Under the pieces are notes generated by a model that was not told where the DNA came from, ran no database searches, and worked only from the letters and a program-made list of their open reading frames with translations. Both the position numbers and the translations under genes were made by a program. From contig NC_135810.1 of NCBI RefSeq assembly GCF_964213995.1, forward strand, positions 3,720,001 through 3,784,000: a stretch of DNA of 64,000 bases, given 5' to 3'. This stretch comes from Mustelus asterias. Lineage: Eukaryota. The first letter of the stretch is position 1. Each line of letters begins with the position of its first letter. Positions 1 to 8,784 of this stretch are shown in pieces.

Positions 1-892
1 CGTGCCACCTATGACTGTGTGGCCAAATTCCCCTCCAACTCGATTTTCAGGTTTGCTGATAACACCACTGTAGTGGGTCAGACCTCAAACAATGACGACA
101 GAGTACGGGAATGAGAGAGAGAATTTGGTGAACTGGTGCGGCAACAATAATCTCTCCCTCAATGTCAACAAAATGAAGGAGATTGTCATTTACATCAGGA
201 AGCGTAGTGGAGGACAAGCCCCTGTCTACATCAATGGGGACAAAGTAGAAATGGTCGAGAGCTTCAGGTTTGTAGGTGTCCAGATCACCAACAACCTGTT
301 CTGGTCGCCCCCATGCCGACACTATAGTTAAGAAAGTCCACTGATGCCTCTACTTTCTCAGAAGACTAAGGAAATTTGGCATGTCCGCTTCGACTCTCAC
401 CAACTTTTACAAATGCACCATAGGAAGCATTCTTTCTGGTTGTATCACAACTTGGTATGGCTCCTGCTCTGCTCAAGACCACAAGGAACTACAAAAGGTC
501 ATGAATGTAGCCCAATCCATCACGCAAACCAGGCTCCCATCCATTGACTCTGTCTACACTTCCTGCTGCCTCGGCAAAGCAGCCAGCATAATTAAGGACC
601 TCACGCATCCCGAACATTCTCTCTTCCACCTTCTTCCTTCGGGAAAAAGATACAAAAGTCTGAGGTCACGTACCAACCGACTCAAGAACAGCTTCTTCCC
701 TGCTGCTGTCAGACTGCTGAATGGACCTACCTCGCATTAAGTTGATCTTTCTCTACACCCTAGCTGTGACTATAACACTACATTCTGCACTTTCTCCTTT
801 CCTTCTCTATGAAAGGTATGCTTTGTCTGTATAGCATGCAAAAAACAATACTTTTCACTGTCTACTAATACATGTGACAATAATAAATCAAA
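1..892 (+). mobile_element. Rex1/Babar-type LINE, 3' part (degenerate RT C-terminus plus 3' UTR), cut by the window edge
   Basis: Frameshifted RT-like peptides FADNTTVVG, LVNWCGNNNLSLNVNK and RTNRLKNSFFPAAVRLLN; ends in tgtgacaataataaatcaa. Homologous copies at 13494-13872 and 61847-62407. Confidence 0.8.
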
Positions 893-1074
893 TTATTTTT
901 CCCAGAGAGCTGTGGACATTTAGTACAGTCAAGACCAAGTTTTGAGCAGTAGAGAGGCAGGGATATGGGACACAGCAAGAAATTGGAGTTGGCACAACAC
1001 TTCGTCCAAAGACTCGTTAACTGGGTAAACTCGAGGGGCTTTATGACCTTGTCCCATTGTTATTTCTTATGTTC

Positions 1075-1345
1075 ATAAACTGAGGCTCTGTCTGCTCCCT
1101 CTGGCATACAGAAAAGATCCCACAGCACAATTTGAAGAACAGCAGGGGAGTGCTCCCTGATGTGGCGGCCAACATTTTTCTCTCAACTAACAACAAAAAC
1201 AGATTTATCTGGTCATTTAATTCACTGCTGTTTGTATGAGCTTGTTGGTGCATCTTGACTGCCACTTTTTCCATGATACCACAGTGACTGGACCTCAACA
1301 GCATTCAATAGACTATCAAGTGCTTTGGGCCAACCTGAGGTCATG
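1075..1345 (+). mobile_element. Old Deu-domain (SacSINE1/AmnSINE-like) SINE fragment
   Basis: taaactgaggc...aaaagatccca...gaagaacagcaggggagt...gctttggg...ctgaggtcatgaaaggc matches the DeuSINE body and tail as I recall them. Related pieces at 5070-5100, 8405-8590, 47865-47940 and 61280-61800. Confidence 0.55.
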
Positions 1346-1449
1346 AAAGGCAGCTCCTCCAAAACAGCAATAATTTCCTCAGTACAACTGTCTATCTTAT
1401 TACGCGTAATAAATTGCACTGAACTGCCAAAAACAATTCTTTTTTATTC

Positions 1450-1790
1450 CACAGGACGTGGGTGTCGCTGGCTATTGCAGCATTTATTGCCCATCCCTCA
1501 TTGCCTCAGGAATGTGGTGAGCTACCTTCTTGAACTGCTGCAGTCCCTGTGGTGTAGGTACACCCACAGTGCTGTTAGGGAGGGAATTGGGTTTTGACCC
1601 AGCAACAGTGAAGGAACAGCGATATATTCCCAAGTCAAAATGGTCTGGAGGGATACTTGTAGGTGTTCCTATGTGTGTGCTGCCCTTGTCCTTCCAGGGT
1701 GGTAGAGGTCAGGAGAGTTTGGAAGGTACTGTTGAAGGAACCTTGGTGAGTTACTGCAGTGTATGTTGCAGTTACAGTTTGGGGCATTTG
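1450..1790 (-). mobile_element. Degenerate LINE (CR1/L2 group) 3' fragment
   Basis: cagcatttattgcccatccct...ttgaactgctgcagtcc...acagtgaaggaac is a common shark LINE 3'-end motif (recalled). Confidence 0.5.
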
Positions 1791-2350
1791 GTACCGTATT
1801 CTCTTGCAATCTTTATTTCCCGTAACCTGAAAGTTGTGCTCTATGATCTGCTATCAGGGATCTGCATACTCAGGAATCTAACAACTATCCCATTTGCTGT
1901 CATCTGCTTACTGGAGTTAATAATTTTATTCTACACTATCCAATTCTCTTTGAGATTACACACATCACCACCCGCAAACACACAGCTGAAGCTTAAAGAT
2001 TAAAGCCACTTTTACATTGACTTTCAAATGGTGATATGAAGCATTAGAAGCAGCACTAAAATTACAATACATTTATAAAAATACATTGGCAACATCTGTA
2101 ATTAGCCACTGGGAAAAATAGCGACTGATCTAGTTCAGTTAAATTAATCTGTTAATATGGCAAGCTAAATTCAGCACATTCCACTGCCCGTCACCTCGCC
2201 AACTTCAAGCTTAAAATCTCAATGAGACCTTCACAATCTGCTCTGGCCAACAATTTCCAAAATAAATCTGCTGTCTTCTGACAAGTGCACCACTTCTTGA
2301 CGGCACACTGCTGCCTCACAGTGCCAGGAACTCGGGTTCAATTCCCAGAC

Positions 2351-2806
2351 CCAAAAGAGAAAATGCTGGAAAATCTCAGCAGGTCTGGCAGCATCCGTAA
2401 GAGAAAGGAGCTGACGTTTCGAGTCCAGGCGACCCTTTGTCAAAGCTAAAAGGCGTAGAAAGTGGGAGATATTTATACTGCAGGGTGAGGAAATGAAAGA
2501 TGAGTCATAGCAACAGAAACAGGGAAACCAGTTAATAGCTGTCCACAGAGAGAATAAAGGATGTGAATGGCCAAACGACAGATAAAATGAAGATGTTGGG
2601 GGAAGAGTGGGAAGAAGAATGAAGAAAGACAATAAAGAAATAAAAGGTAGAGAACAGTAAAAAAATTAAATAAAATAGAATGAAAACAAAGGGGTGGAGG
2701 TGGGGTAGAGCAGATCATCTAAAGTTGTTGAATTCAATGTTGAGACCGGAAGGCTATAAAGTGCCATGCTGGAAGAGGAGATGCTGTTCCTCCAGTTTGC
2801 GTTGAG
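2351..2806 (-). mobile_element. Penelope-like element 3' end (endonuclease C-terminus plus terminal repeat)
   Basis: Minus strand reads QRKLEEQHLLFQHGTL*PSGLNIEFNNFR*, the typical end of a PLE GIY-YIG domain. It is followed by a pyrimidine-rich UTR and a hammerhead-like terminus. Confidence 0.8.
2409..2447 (-). ncRNA. Minimal type I hammerhead ribozyme motif, U3-A8 core variant
   Basis: Minus-strand RNA: AGCU UUGACAA A GGGUC gccug GACUC GAA AC GU C AGCU. This gives stem I, core, 5-bp stem II, GAAA, palindromic stem III and a GUC cleavage triplet. Confidence 0.65.
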
Positions 2807-3524
2807 ATTCCTGGCTTGGGTCACTGTCTGTGCAGATCTGCACGTTCTCTCTGTGTCTGTGTGGGTTTCCTCCAGTTCCGTCCCACAGTCCAAAAGACAT
2901 GCTGGTTAGGTGCATTAGCCATGCTGAATTGTCCCTCAGTGTACCCAAACAGGCGCCGAAGTGTGACAACTGGGGGATTTTTACAGTAACTTCATTGCAG
3001 TGTGAATGTAAGCCTACTTGTGACCCTAATAAATAAACTTTTAAAACAAGTCTCATAAGCTGGGTTTTCCCTCCACCGCCAAACAAAACCAAGGAACATT
3101 TAATTCAATTAAAAACAAGAGGCAATTCTCAAAATTAATTGATGTAATTCTGATTTATAAACTACTTGAATGTACAAGCCACATCATTTTGATCAGTCCT
3201 TTGAATTGTGCTGTGGGATCTCAATAGAATTACCCACTAATTAAACCAAACCACTCCAATCTCAGATAGTGTGAACAATGTCGCAATGACAAATAACTTG
3301 GACTGTCACTGGTACATTCCAGGCTGCAACGAAACGTAAGATAGAGAAATAAAGCCACTAATGGCTCCAGAAAACTCAAATCACAAGCCACAATCAGTCC
3401 CCTGTATTCGTCCCCCACAGGATCAGGTTTGCCAACTCTGGATGGACTTATTCCTGAAGGCTTATTTACAGGACCTCCCAGCTCCAACCACCATGTCGAC
3501 TCAAAGAACCTTTTGTCCCATCTT

Positions 3525-3777
3525 CATAGAATCCCTGCAGTTCAGAAGGAGGCCGTTCAGCCCATCAAGTCTGTACTGACCACAATCCCAACCAGGCCCT
3601 ATTCCTGTAACCCCACACATTTACCCTGCTAATCCCCATGACATGAGGGTCAATTTAGCATGGCCAATCCACCCAACTTGCACATCTTTGGACTGGGAGG
3701 AAACCGGAGCATCCGGAGGAAACCCATGCAGACACGGGGAGAATGTGCAAACTCCACACTGACAGTCACCCAAGCCA
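3525..3777 (-). mobile_element. HE1-type V-SINE, 5'-truncated, CR1-like tail
   Basis: catagaaatccct...ggccgttcagcccatc tail and ggaggaaaccggagca body, shared with about 10 copies in the window. Confidence 0.85.
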
Positions 3778-4041
3778 ATGGAGAAAATGGAACAATGATC
3801 AAGAGACACAACTCTTCCTGGAGGCATTAATATTCACTGGATGATCTCTGCTGCCTGAAGTACCTTGGCACAGAGAACAAAGCTGGCATTTTCCAGGTCT
3901 CTATGGATCAGTCAAGCCCTAAGAGTGATGAAGAGTCTTCAAGGTCATTTATAAGCAAATCACACAGGCAGAGTCTGGCTGGCCTTTGGGGGGGGGGGGG
4001 GGGGGGGGGCAACTGTGATAAAATACAATTGTGGCATTTAG

Positions 4042-4205
4042 TCATAGAACATAGAACAGTACAGCACAGAACAGGCCCTTCGGCCCACGATGTTGTGCCG
4101 AGCTTTATCTGAAACCAAGATCAAGCTATCCCACTCCCTATCATCCTGGTGTGCTCCATGTGCCTATCCAATAACCGCTTAAATGTTCCTAAAGTGTCTG
4201 ACTCC
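4042..4205 (-). mobile_element. Young CR1 LINE 3' tail fragment
   Basis: (catagaa)n tail; about 95 bp identical to 20138-20233. Confidence 0.75.
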
Positions 4206-4853
4206 TGTTTGAAATACAGAGAAGGGGCAGAGTCTGATAAACAAATCAGACTGAAACTCTCTGAAGGTTGCGTTGTCAAGATCATCAAGATTGAAGTTTC
4301 AAAATAAATGTTATGTGTTCTCTCGTGTATACAATGAACTACTGCTCTAAATTCTATGCCTTCAATTGCTTGCTTTTGTTGTTTTGAAAATAGACATGGA
4401 TACAGAACTATATTTCTAAACTACAATATTATAGTACGATCAACAACACTCAATCTTAACAAAAACAAAGTTGGGTTTCAGGATAAACTTTTTTGCATGT
4501 GTTAAAACAGTGCCGTTTTCCCCCGGTTCAGTAAACAAAGATCACAAAATAGTAACATCAATGCCATTCGACTGCAGTAAGGACGTCTCAATTAATTATC
4601 CCGTATTACTGGATATTGGAGAACGATGCTCGCCATAAGAATACCTTGATTCCGAGATTCAAACTTCATTTTCCACTTCAAAAACAAATTTGAAATCTGG
4701 CACTTTAAATTTATATTATCCAAAATGATTTTTACCCTACAGAAAGTATATGTATCAATGTATCAACAGACTATTAGGTAAATAACAGCAAAGGCTGTAA
4801 ACGGAATGACGCATAGCTCAACAAACGTCATCGAGAACTGCCAAACCAGACAA

Positions 4854-4980
4854 GGGGTGAGTTTTTCCAGCCAAAATTGCCCCGAAGCCAGAAAATCCCA
4901 CCTGTGGTCAACAGACCTTTCCATGGTCTGCCCCTCGCCCACTACAATTCCTGTGGCGGGCAGAACAGGAAAATTCACTC
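4854..4980. mobile_element. Short MITE, possibly PIF/Harbinger-derived
   Basis: Imperfect terminal inverted repeats ggggtgagtttttcc / ggaaaattcactc, flanked by caa/taa. Reverse-complement homologue at 11829-11955. Confidence 0.55.
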
Positions 4981-5180
4981 TAAGATGTTAAACACTAACC
5001 TAGATGTCACACACCCACGTAAACATAAGAAGCCATTTACCTGTTCAAAAACAATTTACATTTATAAATTGCCTTTCATGACCTCAGCACATCCCAAAGC
5101 GAGGAATAACCATTGATGTAATGTAAGAAACATGACACCAAATTTGTGCACGGCATTGCGATAATCCGTTTGTTCTTTAA

Positions 5181-5493
5181 TCATAGAATCCCTACTGTGC
5201 AGAAGGAGACCATTTGGCCCATCGAGCTTGCACCGACAATAATCCCACCCAGGCCCTATCCCCATAACCCCACATATTTACCCTGCTAATCCCCCTGACA
5301 CCAAGGGACAATTTAAAATGGCCAATCAACCTAACCTGAACACCTTTGGAATGTGGGAAGAAAGCAGAACACCCGGAGGAAACCCACGCAGGCACAGGGA
5401 GAACGTGCAAACTCCATGCCGACAGTGACCTGAGGCTGGAATTGAACCCGGTGCCCAGGCTGTGAGGCAGCTGTGCTAACCACTGTGCCGCCG
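5181..5493 (-). mobile_element. HE1-type V-SINE, near full length
   Basis: Minus-strand head ggcggcacagtggttagcac (A box) and gggttcaattcc (B box), V domain and CR1-like tail. Confidence 0.9.
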
Positions 5494-5496
5494 AAT

Positions 5497-6062
5497 AGAT
5501 ATTGGCCCAGAACACTGGAGGAGAGTCTCCTCTCCCTAGCCAACAGACCCAGCGCTCATCACTCAAAACCAGCTCCACTGGGCAGGACATGTTGTTCACA
5601 TGCCTGACACCAAACTCCCGAAGGAAGTGCACTACCCAGAACTCAGCTGCAACAGGAGACGACCAGCCAGAATGATTTGGGGATGCCTTCAAAGCATCCC
5701 TGAAAAATTCAAAACTATCTGTCAGATCACTGGGAGACCCTGGCTTGTGACTAACCAAAATAGAGGATGTTCACTGGGGAAGGCTCTGAATATAGAATCT
5801 CTACTGTGCAGAAGGAGGCCATTCGGCCCATCACATCTGCACAGACTACTATCTCACCCAGCCCCTATCCCCTTAGCCCCACGTATTTTACCCCACTGGT
5901 CTCCCTGACACACTAAGGGGCAATTTAGCACGGCCAATCAACCTGACCCACACATCTTTGGACTGTGGGAGGACACCGGAGCACCCGGAGAAAACACACG
6001 CAGACACAGTATACTGAGAGGCTTGGCCAGGAAAGCGCAGAAGACAAGTCAAGGTGTCGGAA
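5497..6062 (+). mobile_element. RTE-clade LINE 3' fragment interrupted by a SINE
   Basis: Translates QLHWAGHVVHMPDTKLPKEVHYPEL, matching the RTE motif LRWxGHVxRM...PK. Confidence 0.65.
5791..6010 (-). mobile_element. HE1-type V-SINE, 5'-truncated
   Basis: Same tail and body as the 5181-5493 copy. Confidence 0.85.
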
Positions 6063-6063
6063 G

Positions 6064-6362
6064 AAGTTTAAGTTTATTTATTAGCGTCACAAGAAAGCTT
6101 ACATTAACACTGCAATGAAGTCACTGTGAAAATCCCCAAGTCGCCATACTCCAGCACCTGTTCAGATACCCAGAGGGATAATTTCGCATGGCCAATGCAC
6201 CTAACTAGCATGTCTTTCGGACTGTGGGAGGAAACTGGAGCACCTGGAGGAAACCCACGCAGACACAAGGAGAACGTGCAGACTCCACACAGACAGTGAC
6301 CCAAGCCGGGAATCAAACCCTGGTCCCTGGCACTGTCCCTGCTAACCACTGTGCCACCGTGC
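6064..6362 (-). mobile_element. V-SINE with alternative tail
   Basis: Reverse complement of the 6655-6941 type, including the aacttcattgcagtgttaatgtaag tail. Confidence 0.85.
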
Positions 6363-6654
6363 ACAAGTCCTCCAAACAACCTGTCAAACCCTGCCCTGCC
6401 CACAGCAGAGTCTGCAGGTAAAAGTACTGGGCATGTCAACCACCTCGAAGCGGAGGGGACGCACAGTCGTCCTTGACCTCGAGGGGCTGCCCAAGAGGCA
6501 GACTGCTTCCAGGAGCCCAAGATCAGGTACGGTGGTGCTGCACGGACTGGCCGAGCAGGCTCAGCTGTGTGGTCAACTCCTGCTCCTTTATAGACAGAGC
6601 CTTGTGTCAGGCTGGATGGAGTGTGTGTTCCAGGCTCTGGAGCCCCTGTGTCTG

Positions 6655-6941
6655 GGGCAGCACGGTGGCACAGTGGTTAGCACTGCTGCCTCACAGCACC
6701 AGGGACCCAGATTCGATTCCCAGCTTGGGTCACTCTCTGTGCAGAGTCTGCACGTTCTCCCCATGTCTGTGTGGGTTTCCTCCCACAGTCTGAAAGACCC
6801 GCTGGTTAGGTGTATTGGCCGTGCTAAATTCTCCCACAGTGTACCTGAACAGGTGCCGGAGTGTGGCAACTAGGGGATTTTCACAGTAACTTCATTGCAG
6901 TGTTAATGTAAGCCGACTTGTGACACCAATAAATGAACTTA
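6655..6941 (+). mobile_element. V-SINE with alternative tail, full length
   Basis: gggcagcacggtggcacagtggttagcac head, B box, V domain and tail ending tgtgacaccaataaatgaac. Confidence 0.9.
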
Positions 6942-7129
6942 ACTCAGAGCTGATTGTGTGTCACTGCCGCCCCCCCCCCCCCCCCCGGCGGCAGTCTGAA
7001 GGGTGAGTCAACAAAGAAATTGAATCAATGCAAAACAGTCACTAACATAGAGTCATTGTTGGAGTCAATAATCAGAAGGTCAGCTCCCTGATCCGGGCCT
7101 GGTTACTCCATCCTGTTAAAGTCAGTGCC

Positions 7130-7400
7130 GTCTCCCCGGGCAACCAGTCCCAGATATAAAGCCGCTTCTTTTATTTCCCTTTCTAACTGCGCCAATCCGC
7201 CCTGCCGCCTGCCCCGCTATTACAGTTTTTAATGTTGTTTAAAACCGTTCACCTTCAGTATCTGGATTGCCCGCCCCATCGCACAACCCCCTCTGCGAGC
7301 CGCCATCTTCCCGTGACCTCTCATCCCGGGCAGAGGGGGCGTGGCCGAGCCAGCAGCCAATCCGCACTCATGGAACTCAAGCCAAGTGACGCAATAGCCA
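7130..7400 (-). promoter_or_regulatory. CpG-rich housekeeping-type promoter / first-exon region
   Basis: Unique GC-rich island among repeats, with YY1 motif gccgccatctt (7299-7309), GC box gggggcgtggcc, two gccaatccgc boxes and a CRE-like gtgacgca. Confidence 0.6.
7253..7306 (-). CDS. PCCA: Probable first coding exon of propionyl-CoA carboxylase alpha (mitochondrial presequence start), MAARRGGCAMGRAIQILK
   Basis: Strong Kozak gggaagATGG, phase-0 donor AAG|gtgaac and an Arg-rich peptide without acidic residues. PCCA lies downstream of ZIC2 on the same strand in human, and its exon 1 ends ...AALRTLK (recalled). No further exons were found in the window. Confidence 0.55.
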
Positions 7401-7413
7401 GGTAGGATGGACA

Positions 7414-8099
7414 ACTGACCAGGTCAACACACTAACCAGGACAACACCTTCAACAGGTCAACACCTTCATCAGGTTAACACACTCACCAGCTCAACACCT
7501 TCATCAGGTTAACACACTCACCAGCTCAACACCTTCATCAGGTTAACACACTCACCAGCTCAACACCTTCATCAGGTTAACACACTCACCAGGTCAACAC
7601 TTTCACCAGGTTAACACACTGTCCAGCTCAACACCTTCACCTGGTCAACACCTTCCCCAGGTCAACACAGAGACCAGTTTAACACACTGACGAGCTCAAC
7701 ATGTTCACCAGGTTACCACACTGACCAGGTCAACCCCTTCACCAGGTCAACACACTGACCAGGACAACACATTCACCACGAATCCCCTTCACCAGGTCAA
7801 CACATCGACCAGGTCAATACACTCACCAGGTTAAACCACTGACCAAGTCAACACCTTCATCAGGTCAACACACTGACATGGTCAACACCTTCACCAGGTC
7901 AACACACTGACCAGGACAACACATTCACCACGTCAACCCCTTCACCAGGTCAACACATCGACCAGGTCAATACACTCACCAGGTTAAACCACTGACCAAG
8001 TCAACACCTTCATCAGGTCAACACACTGACATGGTCAACACCTTCACCAGGTCAACACACTGACCAGGTGAACACTGACCAGGACAACACCTTCACCAG
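7414..8099. repeat. 17-bp minisatellite (~40 units) with higher-order structure
   Basis: Units caggtcaacacactgac / caggtcaacaccttcac. A 153-bp (9-unit) block is duplicated (marker cacatcgac at 7801 and 7954). Confidence 0.95.
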
Positions 8100-8282
8100 C
8101 ATTGGGCATCATTCTCCAAGGACAACCTCTTTTGGTCAATTTCATTCTTTTGGTTAAATGGCTTCCAGTCTGCTCCCAGCTTTTCCCAATTCTACTGGTA
8201 ACACCGCTCACTGCCACCTGCCCCATGGCAGGGTCTGCAGATTGCGAAGTGGACCCACCAGCCGTGTCAGAATCCCTCGAAC

Positions 8283-8360
8283 CAGAATTGAAACATTAAC
8301 TCAGTCTCTCTCTCTCTCCACAGACCTCTTGAGTTTTGTTCCTGCACTTTCTGTTTTTCT
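8283..8360 (+). mobile_element. Degenerate Penelope-like terminal fragment
   Basis: gaaacattaactc...tctccacagacct..tgagtttt..cctgcactttctgttttt aligns with the reverse complement of 2352-2420. The ribozyme 5' core is lost. Confidence 0.45.
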
Positions 8361-8784
8361 GATGGTAATACTCATATCTCTGAGTCACACAATTCACCTT
8401 CATGGCTGATGCTCACAGTGTAGTAAATGAGGGAGTGCTGCACTGTCAGGAGTGCCCTTTTTCAGATGAGACATTAAACTGAGGTCCTCTTCCGCCTGCT
8501 CAGAGGCCAGAGTTACCAGGATTCTCTCAGAATGGTTCAAAATCAAAAAGTGTGTTGAACAGGAGGTGTCCTCTCACCATATTTATTCAACATCTGAACA
8601 AAAATGGCCGTGAGAGAGACATCTAATGGATATAAAAGTGGGATACCAATTGGCGGGCAGCGAGTTTTGAATCTGCAATGTGCTGCTGACATTATTCTGC
8701 TTGCTAACTCGGTTGAGGAGCTATAGGAGTTGGTGAAATTGCCGAGATTAATGTCGACAAGACAAGGTGAAGGGAATGGGCGGG

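Larger units (their letters stand above)
2302..3040 (+). mobile_element. tRNA-derived V-SINE (HE1-like head, alternative tail), split by a Penelope-like insertion
   Basis: Head with B box ggttcaattcc at ~2334-2345. The SINE resumes at 2807 with the gggtttcctcc body and ends in tgtgaccctaataaataaac. Confidence 0.85.

Noticed and set aside
3230-4740. Candidate PCCA exon 2/3 between AG and GT sites at ~3232-3323 and ~4645-4737
   Set aside because: Phase-0 translation hits stops and shows no similarity to PCCA; the next exons probably lie outside the window.
6655-6730. tRNA gene-like A/B boxes
   Set aside because: They are SINE heads, continuous with the V domain in every copy.
6963-6995. 9-bp inverted repeat enclosing a poly-C run
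   Set aside because: Short and partly generated by the homopolymer; no supporting context.
7414-8099. CRISPR-like appearance of the short-unit arrays (also 58265-60287)
   Set aside because: Units are contiguous with no unique spacers, there are no cas genes, and the context is eukaryotic.
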